DNA of 64,000 nucleotides from Acidobacteriota bacterium (lineage in GTDB: Bacteria > Acidobacteriota > Blastocatellia > Pyrinomonadales > Pyrinomonadaceae): assembly GCA_046732535.1 (NCBI GenBank), contig JBKPNH010000062.1, forward strand, positions 972-64,971. Reading direction: 5' to 3'. The notes under the pieces were generated by a model that saw only the letters and a list, made by a program, of their open reading frames with translations, was not told where the DNA came from and ran no database searches. A program made the position numbers and the translations under genes. Positions 37,882 through 46,634 of the stretch are shown here, piece by piece (position 1 is the stretch's first letter; every line of letters starts with the position of its first letter).

Positions 37882-39453
37882 ATGCTTTTACAGGCAAACA
37901 CCACTTCGCTCATCAACGTCGCGGATCTGCAACTGATCGCGCCCGAGTTGATCCTTACTGCTTGCGCGTGCGTGGCGCTGGTGATGGAAGTCATACTTCC
38001 ATATCGCAAGAGCAAACTCACCGCCTACTTCTCGCTGATCGGCGTGGCACTCGCCTTCCTGTCGCTCGGGCTGCAATGGTGGTACATGGGGGTATCGCTG
38101 CCGTTCAATGGTTTCTACGGCATGGTCCGCATCGACGGCGTCGCACTGCTGTTCAAGGCGATCTTCCTGGTCGCGGCCGGACTCGCGATCGGCATCTCCA
38201 CGCGCTACCTCGATATCGAAGGCGAACAACACGGCGAGTACTACGCGCTGGTTCTCTTCGCCACCGTCGGCATGATGTTTATGGCCTGCGGTTACGATCT
38301 GATCTCGCTCTACATCAGTCTCGAGTTGATGGCGCTCACGTTCTACGTGCTGGTGGCCTTTACTAAACGTGAGAAGAGATCGAACGAAGCGGCGATGAAA
38401 TACTTTCTGCTCGGCGCCTTCTCGTCGGGCGTGCTGCTTTACGGTATGTCGTTGCTTTACGGCGTGGCCGGATCGACAAACATCGGGGATATCGGAACCA
38501 GCATCAGCGACTTGATGCCGAGGATTCAAACCGCGATTCAGGCCGGCCAAGCCGCCGGCGGAGTTCCGGACCAGCTCGCCGACCTGCGCCCGTTGTTGTT
38601 GTTGGCGATGATTGCGCTAGGCGCGGGGTTGTTCTTCAAAGTCGCGGCCGTGCCGTTTCACATGTGGGCGCCGGATGTTTACGAAGGCGCGCCGACGTCT
38701 GTCACGGCGTTCCTGTCGACTGGTTCGAAGGCCGCGAGCTTCGTGTTGTACTGGCGCGTTTTCAGCCAGGCGCTCGAGGGCATGCGCGCGGACTGGGCGC
38801 CGCTGCTCGGGCTCGTCGCGGCGATCACGATCATGGTCGGCAACTGGGCCGCCGTCACGCAGGACAACTCCAAACGGCTGCTCGCCTATTCGTCCATCTC
38901 GAACGCGGGCTATCTGCTGCTCGGGCTTGTCGCTCATAACGAATACGGCATGATTGGCCTGATCGTTTATCTGTTCGTCTACACGCTGATGAACATGGGC
39001 GCCTTCGGGATCATCATCAGTCTGCGGCGTCGGGGAATCATCGGCGACAACGTGGACGATCTGACCGGCCTCGGACAGAAGGCGCCGGTCATGGCGGCGA
39101 TGATGTCGATCTTCATGCTGTCGCTCGGCGGACTGCCGGTAACAGGCGGGTTCATCGGCAAGTACTTCCTGTTTGGTGGCCTGTTGCAACGAGGCCGGGC
39201 CGATAATAAGTACTGGTACTACGCACTCGCCGTTTGGGCTATTCTCAATACGGTCGTCTCCTTCTACTACTACTTCCGCTTCATCAAGGTGATGTATCTC
39301 GGCGACCGAGTCGCCGATAACAAGCCGCTGGCGCTCTCTCCGGCGCTACAAACGGCGCTGGCTGTGTCGGTGATCGGCGTGTTGGCGATCGGCGTCTATC
39401 CGCGCTGGATCATCCAGTTGACGCAAGAGCTGGTAAGGCCGTTGCTCAGGTAG
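37882..39453 (+). CDS. nuoN: NADH-quinone oxidoreductase subunit N
   Basis: FFKVAAVPFHMWAPDVYEGAPTSVTAFLSTGSKAA, last gene of the nuo block. Confidence 0.92.
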   Translation: MLLQANTTSLINVADLQLIAPELILTACACVALVMEVILPYRKSKLTAYFSLIGVALAFLSLGLQWWYMGVSLPFNGFYGMVRIDGVALLFKAIFLVAAGLAIGISTRYLDIEGEQHGEYYALVLFATVGMMFMACGYDLISLYISLELMALTFYVLVAFTKREKRSNEAAMKYFLLGAFSSGVLLYGMSLLYGVAGSTNIGDIGTSISDLMPRIQTAIQAGQAAGGVPDQLADLRPLLLLAMIALGAGLFFKVAAVPFHMWAPDVYEGAPTSVTAFLSTGSKAASFVLYWRVFSQALEGMRADWAPLLGLVAAITIMVGNWAAVTQDNSKRLLAYSSISNAGYLLLGLVAHNEYGMIGLIVYLFVYTLMNMGAFGIIISLRRRGIIGDNVDDLTGLGQKAPVMAAMMSIFMLSLGGLPVTGGFIGKYFLFGGLLQRGRADNKYWYYALAVWAILNTVVSFYYYFRFIKVMYLGDRVADNKPLALSPALQTALAVSVIGVLAIGVYPRWIIQLTQELVRPLLR

Positions 39454-39462
39454 TCCCCCTCT

Positions 39463-40611
39463 GTGTATCTATACTACTTTCTCGCGGCGCTCGCCTGCTG
39501 GTTTGGTATTCAGTCTCTTTTAAATGGCCGTCGTTTCGCCGCCTACGTGCAGCGTGAGACGAGCCGTGCGCTGCCGGACTTCCGGCCGTTCGTTTCGGTG
39601 ATCGCCCCGACGCGCGGGTTCGAGCCGGGCTTTGAGGAAAACGTTCGACCGCTGCTCGAACAGGACTATCCCGCGTACGAAGTTCTGTTTGTGTTTGACG
39701 ATGCGACAGATCCGTCATTGGAAATCGCCCGACACCTGAACGCTAAAACAATAATCAGCGGCGCGGCAAAAAACACGGGGCAAAAGGTCCACAACCTGAT
39801 CGCGGCCGTCGACGAGATCGATCCACGCTGTGAAGTGCTCGTGTTTGTGGATACCGACGCCAGGCCGGACACAAATTGGTTGCGGAACCTGGTCGCGCCG
39901 CTCGCGGATGAAACGCTTGGCGCGTCGACTGGTTACCGTTGGTTTGTTCCCGAACGAGGCGGGCTGGCGTCGCGTCTGCGCAGCGTTTGGAATGCGTCGA
40001 TCGCGTCCGCACTCGGCGAGAACGGCGATAAGAATTTTTGCTGGGGCGGCTCGACGGCAGTTAGGCGCGCGACGTTCGAGCGATTGAACGTTGTGGGCCA
40101 TTGGCGCGGCACTGTTTCAGACGATTTCACGATCACCCGCGTGTTGAAAGAAGCGAAACTGCCAATCCACTTTACACCGAACTGTCTCGTGCCTTCGGTC
40201 GGCGACTGCGACTTTCGCGAACTGCTGGAGTTCACGACGAGGCAGGTAAAGATCACGCGTGTTTATGCGTCGCACCTGTGGCTGCCGCTGATGCTCGGGT
40301 CAGGACTATTTTGCATCGTGTTTTTTGGCGGCATCGTTCTGTTGATTATTAACGGCTGGGTGTCCGTTATATTGGCAATCCTGTTTCTCCTTGGAGCAGC
40401 GAAGAGTTTTATCCGCTGGCGGGCAGTCAATGGTCCGCAGATAAATCGCGATCTATGGGCGCATGTCTTTCTCTGGCCGTTTGCTTCGTTACTGTATTTT
40501 TACAACACCATCGTCGCCGGTTTCTCGCGGCGTATAAAATGGCGCGGCATTACCTATGAATTGAAATCACCCAGTGAAGCTGTCATTATCTCGCGTGAAC
40601 CTGCATCATGA
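39463..40611 (+). CDS. Family-2 glycosyltransferase, ceramide glucosyltransferase/HpnI-like, membrane-bound
   Basis: Acidic motifs VLFVFDD, FVDTDA and VSDDF, then FTTRQVKITRVY in place of (Q/R)xxRW. N- and C-terminal TM helices. GTG start 9 nt after the nuoN stop. Confidence 0.8.
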   Translation: MYLYYFLAALACWFGIQSLLNGRRFAAYVQRETSRALPDFRPFVSVIAPTRGFEPGFEENVRPLLEQDYPAYEVLFVFDDATDPSLEIARHLNAKTIISGAAKNTGQKVHNLIAAVDEIDPRCEVLVFVDTDARPDTNWLRNLVAPLADETLGASTGYRWFVPERGGLASRLRSVWNASIASALGENGDKNFCWGGSTAVRRATFERLNVVGHWRGTVSDDFTITRVLKEAKLPIHFTPNCLVPSVGDCDFRELLEFTTRQVKITRVYASHLWLPLMLGSGLFCIVFFGGIVLLIINGWVSVILAILFLLGAAKSFIRWRAVNGPQINRDLWAHVFLWPFASLLYFYNTIVAGFSRRIKWRGITYELKSPSEAVIISREPAS

Positions 40612-41726
40612 ATAAAGCGGTCCAATTTGTGCAGCTCCTGCGCTCGTCGAAACGTGAGAAACATCTCGGCACGGTGATTCTGTTCGTCACCTCCCGCTGC
40701 AACGCGCTTTGCCAGACGTGCTTCTATCACGCCGAGTTAAACCAGCCTGGCGACCTGACCTTCGCGCAACTCGAGAAAATCTCGCAAACGATGCCGCCGA
40801 TCACTGATCTCTGGCTGTCCGGCGGCGAGCCCACGTTGCGCGGCGACGTTTCGCAGGTGATCGATCTATTCGTCCAAAGCAACGGTGTCAACCGAGTCAT
40901 CATTCCCACTAACGGCCTGATCAAGTCGCGCGTGTTCGAGATCGTCGATCGCGCGCTCGGCAACAATCCCACGATCGATCTCTATCTCAATGTCGCGCTC
41001 GACGGTTACGGCGAGACTCACGATCGCATTCGCGGCGTACCCGGCAACTGGCAAAGAACGCTGGACTGTATCGAGTCGCTCTATCCGCTGAAGTCGAAAT
41101 ACACCGATCGCTTTCGTTTGAACGTCAACACCGTCGTCTGCGCAGCCAACTACACCGAGATCGAGATGCTCTCCGAGTTCATGTGGGCAAGCTACAAGCT
41201 CGACGGCCAGTACTTCAACATCGTTCGCGGTGAGACGCTCGTCGGCGACGAGATAAAACAAGTGCCGCCGGAAGTGCTGCCGGCGATGTACGCGCACGCC
41301 GCAAAACTGACGAAGCGTTACGGCGATCGCATGTTTGCCGGTGACGATGCCAGCAAGCGCTTCGTTAAGAACGCCGCTTACGTCGGCACGATCACGACGC
41401 ACTACCGTACGCAGCATGCGAACTTCCGCGATCCTACGCCATGGCCGTTTCCCTGCACGGCGGGCGAGACGACGGCCGTGATCGATTACAACGGCGACGT
41501 TCGCGCCTGCGAATTGCGCGAGAAGTTTGCGACGCTCAGCGATTTCGATTACGACTTCGGCGCGCTGTGGTCCGCTCACGCGCGCGACGCCGAGCTGGCG
41601 GCAATCGACGGCGGCAAGTCGTGCTGGTGTACTCACGTTTGTTTTATTCACGACTCGATGCGCCACTCGCGCCGCGCCTTGCTCTACGAGGTCCCTAAAA
41701 ACTTTCTTACCCGCGAAAGTTGGTGA
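40608..41726 (+). CDS. Radical SAM protein with a SPASM/twitch-like C-terminal Cys cluster
   Basis: CNALCQTC (CxxxCxxC) and SGGEPTL. C-terminal segment CTAGETTAVIDYNGDVRACE...CWCTHVC. The ATG overlaps the GT2 stop (ATGA). Confidence 0.85.
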   Translation: MNKAVQFVQLLRSSKREKHLGTVILFVTSRCNALCQTCFYHAELNQPGDLTFAQLEKISQTMPPITDLWLSGGEPTLRGDVSQVIDLFVQSNGVNRVIIPTNGLIKSRVFEIVDRALGNNPTIDLYLNVALDGYGETHDRIRGVPGNWQRTLDCIESLYPLKSKYTDRFRLNVNTVVCAANYTEIEMLSEFMWASYKLDGQYFNIVRGETLVGDEIKQVPPEVLPAMYAHAAKLTKRYGDRMFAGDDASKRFVKNAAYVGTITTHYRTQHANFRDPTPWPFPCTAGETTAVIDYNGDVRACELREKFATLSDFDYDFGALWSAHARDAELAAIDGGKSCWCTHVCFIHDSMRHSRRALLYEVPKNFLTRESW

Positions 41727-41729
41727 ACC

Positions 41730-41969
41730 ATGCCTGAAGAACCAGGGTCCCCGAAGTCATCGCGGCGAGACCCGGAAGAGAACTTCAAGACGGGGTTAGC
41801 CTATGCTGCCGGGTTCACGCTGTTTGTGACAGTGGCCGCATTTACGGGGTTGGGCTGGTTCCTGGACAACTGGTTGGGCTGGCAGCCCTGGGGCTTGATC
41901 GGCGGCATCGTGGTTGGCTCAGCGGCGGGTCTTTACCAGTTTGTCCGTTTGAGTTCTAAGACGTATTAA
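41730..41969 (+). CDS. AtpZ/AtpI-family small membrane protein (putative F0F1-ATPase-associated)
   Basis: Two TM helices (GFTLFVTVAAFTGLGWFLD and WGLIGGIVVGSAAGLYQF) immediately upstream of atpI/atpB. Confidence 0.65.
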   Translation: MPEEPGSPKSSRRDPEENFKTGLAYAAGFTLFVTVAAFTGLGWFLDNWLGWQPWGLIGGIVVGSAAGLYQFVRLSSKTY

Positions 41970-41991
41970 ATTAAAATCGGCGGCTTTGTTA

Positions 41992-42393
41992 ATGGCCGAT
42001 TCTTCAAGCAACGCCCTCAATTTGCGGGTTTTCCGGACGATGGCGATTGCCACGGGTGTCAGTGTGGCTGTGTCTGCTTTCATTGGGCCATGGCGAGTCA
42101 CCACCGGTCTGCTGGTGGGTGGGCTGCTGGCGTTGTTCAGTCATCATTGGTTGAAAAACTCCGCCGCGGCCGCGATTCAGTTGTCGGTGGGCGGCGGCAC
42201 GCCGAAGTTACGGTTGATGCAGTTCATGCTGCGTTACGTCGTAATCGCGGCGATCGTGTTTTCGCTTTATCAACTCGATCTGTTGTCGTTACCTGCGGTC
42301 CTGTCGGGTATGTCGAGTTTTGTCGTAGCAATATTCGTTGAAGCTTTAAGAGAGTTTTATTTCGCAATCATCCAGCGAGAGGAAATCAGTTGA
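41992..42393 (+). CDS. atpI: ATP synthase protein I-like membrane protein
   Basis: Four hydrophobic helices directly preceding atpB. ATG at 41992 is preferred over TTG at 41986. Confidence 0.55.
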   Translation: MADSSSNALNLRVFRTMAIATGVSVAVSAFIGPWRVTTGLLVGGLLALFSHHWLKNSAAAAIQLSVGGGTPKLRLMQFMLRYVVIAAIVFSLYQLDLLSLPAVLSGMSSFVVAIFVEALREFYFAIIQREEIS

Positions 42394-43307
42394 TGTTTTG
42401 GTTGGACGAAGCTGCCCATCAAACAGCCGAGCACGGGGAAGAGGCGGCCCATCACACACCGATCATTGTCCAGCTTGTGAACGACTGGTTTGGTGAGGCT
42501 GCTCTTCATTTCGAGCTGAAGTACACCAAACCGATCTGGGACAAAGTGCTGGGCTACTTCGGCACCACGCCGGAAGCCGCCTTCGGACCTTACACCGCCG
42601 AGACCGCGATACCGTGGTACACGGTGATGTTCTTCATCGCGTGCATCCTGAGCGTTGTGATCATCTGGATCCTGAAAGGTAAGTTGTCAGAATCCGAGCC
42701 GGGCGGCGGACAGCAGACTCTCGAAGTCAGCGTGCTGTCGGTGCGGAGCATGATCGAAGACATCATCGGCCCACACGGGTTGAAGTACTTCCCGGTGGTG
42801 TTGACGTTCGCGACGCTGATCCTGGTGTCGAACCTGATGGGACTGTTCCCACTGTTCATGAGCCCCACGGCGGCGACGAGTGTTACGTTCGCTCTCGGGC
42901 TGAGCTCCTTTCTTTATTACAACTACATCGGTATCAGCGAGAACGGGATACTCCAGCACTTGAAGCATCTCGGTGGACCAGTCTGGTGGATCGCGTGGTT
43001 GATCTTTCCGATCGAGTTGATCAGTAACCTGATTCGTCCGTTCTCGCTCGGCATCCGTCTGTTCGGCAACTTGTTCGCGGATGAGCAGGTGATGGTGACG
43101 TTGGCGGGACTGGCGCCGCCGTACACCTGGTTTGCGCCGATCCTGTTGATGCCGTTGAGCGTCTTCGTGGCCCTGATTCAGACGTTCGTTTTCATATTGC
43201 TGTCGCAGCTTTACATCAGCGAGGTCTCGCACGCGCCGCACGCTCATGGCGAGCACGCCCATGGGCACGACGAGGGCGACGAGATGATCGCGCCAGTCTT
43301 GACTTAA
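42393..43307 (+). CDS. atpB: F0F1 ATP synthase subunit a
   Basis: IRPFSLGIRLFGNLFADE (conserved Arg helix) ...QTFVFILLSQLYI. The ATG overlaps the atpI TGA. Confidence 0.9.
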   Translation: MFWLDEAAHQTAEHGEEAAHHTPIIVQLVNDWFGEAALHFELKYTKPIWDKVLGYFGTTPEAAFGPYTAETAIPWYTVMFFIACILSVVIIWILKGKLSESEPGGGQQTLEVSVLSVRSMIEDIIGPHGLKYFPVVLTFATLILVSNLMGLFPLFMSPTAATSVTFALGLSSFLYYNYIGISENGILQHLKHLGGPVWWIAWLIFPIELISNLIRPFSLGIRLFGNLFADEQVMVTLAGLAPPYTWFAPILLMPLSVFVALIQTFVFILLSQLYISEVSHAPHAHGEHAHGHDEGDEMIAPVLT

Positions 43308-43572
43308 ATTGGCTTTATCCAAGCGCGCGGCGAGCGATGCGGCAGACGCGCCCGCACACGTTGCCACGCAATACAGATTGCTTTCGATCACCCATTCCGT
43401 CAGCACCAGGCAAGTCATAAGCTTCGGTTTTGTTGAAGCAGGTCCTGTCTGTATCGCAGGAGCGCCGTTGTAAGAGGGGCGGTGGATACCGGATGCAGGC
43501 GAAATAATAAGCGCCTCGTGCGACCGGCCATGTGGTCCAGCAGCAATCTAAAACCTGATTGAAGGAGGAACT

Positions 43573-43917
43573 ATGGGCAAATTCAGAATGCTCCTGTTCG
43601 TCGTCGCCGGCATTCTCATGAGTGCGATGACTGCGTTTGCGCAAGCCGAAGGCGCTGGCGCCGGTGACAATGTGTTTTCCGTGAACAAGTATCGGGCGAT
43701 TGCCGCCGGCATCGGGTTCGCTATCGCCGTGCTGGGTGGCGCTCTCGGTCAGTCGCGGATTGGCGCCGCGGCGTGCGAAGGTGCGGCCCGGAATCCCGGC
43801 GCGGCCGGTCGTATCCAAACGATGATGATTCTTGGTTTGGCGCTGATCGAGTCGTTGGTGCTGTTCGCGCTGCTGGTGGTATTTGCGGTAGTGAAGGGAA
43901 CCGGAAGCCCAACCTAA
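43573..43917 (+). CDS. atpE: F0F1 ATP synthase subunit c with a signal-peptide-like N-terminal extension
   Basis: Core GIGFAIAVLGGALGQSRIGAAACEGAARNP...ILGLALIESLVLFALLV. GAAGGAGG lies 5 nt before the ATG. Confidence 0.88.
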   Translation: MGKFRMLLFVVAGILMSAMTAFAQAEGAGAGDNVFSVNKYRAIAAGIGFAIAVLGGALGQSRIGAAACEGAARNPGAAGRIQTMMILGLALIESLVLFALLVVFAVVKGTGSPT

Positions 43918-43954
43918 GCCGCTAAATCGGAATCAAAGCCGTTTCTATGAGTGC

Positions 43955-43992
43955 GGGCGAGAGATTTTCCGTCTCTCGCCCGTCTCTTTGTT
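43955..43992 (+). terminator. Rho-independent terminator after atpE
   Basis: gggcgagag pairs with ctctcgccc (9-bp stem, 9-nt loop), followed by a T-rich gtctctttgtt. Confidence 0.6.
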
Positions 43993-44038
43993 GACCCGGC
44001 ATTAACCCGGATGGAATAATCGAAGGCGCGGCAAAAAG

Positions 44039-45661
44039 ATGAAAAAATGTCCGAAGTGTGGAGTTGAGTATTCTGATATGACGACGCTGTGTCCTAACGA
44101 CGGCGTCGCGCTGGAAACCACTGACGACGCACTTCTTGGCACCATCCTCGCCGGAAAATACCGTATCGACAAACGCCTCAACCAGGGCGGAATGGGCAGT
44201 GTTTACCAGGGCACGCACGTGCTGATGGACAAGACTGTGGCCATCAAGGTGCTGCGCCCCTCGCTCGCCGCCGACGAGAAGATCGTCGCCCGCTTTTCGC
44301 GCGAGGCACGCGCCGCCTCGCGTATTTCACACCCAAACGCTTTGAGCGTCACGGACTTCGGCGAGGACGACAACGGCACCGTCTTTCTCGTGATGGAATT
44401 TTTGAGCGGCAGGACGCTCAAACAGGTGATTCGAGACGAGGGCCCGTTGCCGCTGCCGAGAATCGTCGAGATCACACGCCAGGTTGGCGACGCGCTGGCC
44501 GCCGCCCACGCACAGGGCGTCGTACACCGCGATCTGAAGAGCGACAACATCATGTTGCTCGATATGACCACCGCCGGCGATTACGCGAAAGTGCTCGACT
44601 TCGGCATCGCGAAGATCAACGAGGCCGACGGAAAATTCGACGGCGGATTGACGGCGCCGAACCTCGTGATCGGCACGCCGCAATACATGTCGCCCGAGCA
44701 GTGCTCGCAGGATTCGGAGATCGACGCGCGGTCCGATATTTATTCATTCGGCGTGATTCTTTTCGAGATGCTCGTCGGTCACGTCCCTTTTTCCGGCGAC
44801 TCCGCGACGATCGTGATGATGAAGCACCTGCAGGATCCGGTGCCGTCGGTGTTGGAAGAACGGCCTGACGTGCCGCCGCCGGTGGGCCGTGTGATCGCGC
44901 GCGCGATGGCCAAGGTGCCGGACAATCGCTATCAGAACGTCGCGGAGTTGATCGAAGATCTGACGATCGCTTCGGGAATGATCGTGCCGGTTCCGGTGCC
45001 GCAGCCAGGAAAGAGTGCGGCCGGCCGGTCCACTACCAGCGGACGCGACGCGGATGATGAAGTCACGGTGGTGAGACCGCGCGAGGAGTATCCGGCCGCG
45101 GCTCCCATGCCTTCTGTCGTTCCTCGGCGCGCGCCTGTTACGGTCCCAGTTCAACCGGTGGGCGGTGCGCAGGTTACCGGCGGCAGTTTCAATCCCTGGA
45201 AGATACTGATTCCTTCCGCGATAGCGTTGCTGGTGATCTTCGCCGGCATTTACGCGTGGACGGCGCGCAACCCGACCGTCGATGCCACGAACACGAACGC
45301 GAACCAGTCAAATCAAACACTCGCTGCCGATCCAAACAGTCAGCCGGTGCAACCCGCGCAATCGCCAACGGGTAAAGCCGAACAAGGACTGCCTTCAGGT
45401 GGCGCGATCAATCCTTCCGCCAACGCCAACGTCAACGCCTCGCCAAACGCGAATGCTGAACAGGAGCCGACGCCGATCGAAGACGTCAGCCCTGATGCGA
45501 ATGCGAATCAGAACGCGAACAGCAACACCAATACGAACAGCAATCGCAAAGCGCCTCCATTGCCGGAGCCTACGCGCAGTGTCGTGCCCGGGAACGTCCC
45601 GGTTCCGACGCCCGAGGCGACGAAACCCCCGGCACCGTCTCCTACACCTTCACCGAATTAA
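44039..45661 (+). CDS. Ser/Thr protein kinase with an N-terminal zinc ribbon, one TM and an Asn/Ala/Pro-rich extracytoplasmic tail
   Basis: CPKCGVEYSDMTTLCPNDG; GGMGSVY...AIKVL; HRDLKSDN; DFGIAK; GTPQYMSPEQ; TM IPSAIALLVIFAGIYAW. Confidence 0.9.
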   Translation: MKKCPKCGVEYSDMTTLCPNDGVALETTDDALLGTILAGKYRIDKRLNQGGMGSVYQGTHVLMDKTVAIKVLRPSLAADEKIVARFSREARAASRISHPNALSVTDFGEDDNGTVFLVMEFLSGRTLKQVIRDEGPLPLPRIVEITRQVGDALAAAHAQGVVHRDLKSDNIMLLDMTTAGDYAKVLDFGIAKINEADGKFDGGLTAPNLVIGTPQYMSPEQCSQDSEIDARSDIYSFGVILFEMLVGHVPFSGDSATIVMMKHLQDPVPSVLEERPDVPPPVGRVIARAMAKVPDNRYQNVAELIEDLTIASGMIVPVPVPQPGKSAAGRSTTSGRDADDEVTVVRPREEYPAAAPMPSVVPRRAPVTVPVQPVGGAQVTGGSFNPWKILIPSAIALLVIFAGIYAWTARNPTVDATNTNANQSNQTLAADPNSQPVQPAQSPTGKAEQGLPSGGAINPSANANVNASPNANAEQEPTPIEDVSPDANANQNANSNTNTNSNRKAPPLPEPTRSVVPGNVPVPTPEATKPPAPSPTPSPN

Positions 45662-46634
45662 GAACCAGTCGAATCAGATCTGCTGCGTCGTCGATTTCCG
45701 GTTCGATCTCCAGAACGAAATACGGAAGTGAAAACGAGATTGAGTGCAGCTTGACTGCGTCTTTGGCAGTCGTGATGAAACTCTTCGCGCCTGCGTGTCT
45801 CGCTGTTTCAGTTAATGAATCGATATCGGATTGTGAATAGCGGTGATGATCGGGAAAGGTTTTTCGTAAAACGATTTCGTGTGGGATCTGGTTGAAGAAG
45901 GAACGTGGATTACCAACACCGCAAAAGGCCGCAACTGGAGAGGGAATTGTTTCACACGGATTTTTGATCCGCATTTGTGATTGGAATATCGGGATCTCAC
46001 CCGCGTGACGACGGATCTGCTCGCGAAGGGCGTCGATGTTGTTGGCCTGGTCGGTGCGCGTAATGACAACGCAGTCAGCGCGGCTGAGACCGCTCAAAGG
46101 CTCGCGCAAACGCCCGTACGGCAGCAGGTGTCCGCCGCCCCACGGGTTCGTCGCGTCGATGGTAACGATGTTCAGGTCGCGCTGAAGGCGCAAGTGTTGA
46201 AAGCCGTCGTCGAGTACAAAGCAATCCGTTCCTAAATGCTTGATTGCTCCGTTGGCGGCTTCGATGCGATCCGCATTGCTGATCACGGCGGCTATGCCTG
46301 CCAGGTTGGTTGCCAGCAGAAACGGCTCGTCGCCGGCTTCAGATGGAGTCGCCAGGACCTTCGTTCCATCTGACACGACGACCTGACGATCGGGATTGTC
46401 GCGGCCGTAGCCGCGCGTCAGGATGCAGACCTTCCTGCCTGCGCCGGCAAGAGTGCGCGCGACCCACTCGACGAGCGGCGTCTTGCCGGTCCCGCCGGTT
46501 GTGATGTTGCCGACGCTGATGACAGGACGATCGAGTTTTGTCGATTGAAAAGTTCCGCGGCGGTAGAGCGACAGGCGCGTTCGTGTGACGGCGCCGTACA
46601 GAACGCTCAGTGGCGGAAGAATCAGCGACCTCAT
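45642..46634 (-). CDS. lpxK: Tetraacyldisaccharide 4'-kinase
   Basis: VGNITTGGTGKTPLVEW P-loop context. Overlaps the waaA stop. Confidence 0.9.
   Translation of the reverse strand: MRSLILPPLSVLYGAVTRTRLSLYRRGTFQSTKLDRPVISVGNITTGGTGKTPLVEWVARTLAGAGRKVCILTRGYGRDNPDRQVVVSDGTKVLATPSEAGDEPFLLATNLAGIAAVISNADRIEAANGAIKHLGTDCFVLDDGFQHLRLQRDLNIVTIDATNPWGGGHLLPYGRLREPLSGLSRADCVVITRTDQANNIDALREQIRRHAGEIPIFQSQMRIKNPCETIPSPVAAFCGVGNPRSFFNQIPHEIVLRKTFPDHHRYSQSDIDSLTETARHAGAKSFITTAKDAVKLHSISFSLPYFVLEIEPEIDDAADLIRLVLNSVKV

Noticed and set aside
40866-41666. 266-aa ORF antisense to the radical SAM gene
   Set aside because: The sense frame carries the CxxxCxxC and SPASM-like motifs, whereas the antisense frame is Arg/Val/Asp-rich. 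The same applies to 39715..40101 and 39933..40256, antisense to the GT2 gene.
39463-41726. Direct assignment of the GT2/rSAM pair as hopanoid genes hpnI/hpnJ
   Set aside because: As far as I recall, HpnJ is a larger B12-binding-domain radical SAM, whereas this protein has a SPASM-like C-terminus. No hpnH, hpnK or shc genes are nearby. I kept it only as an analogy.
43308-43572. Long atpB-atpE intergenic region as a possible ncRNA or riboswitch
   Set aside because: I recognised no convincing conserved structure, terminator or known RNA motif. It is only noted as unusually long.
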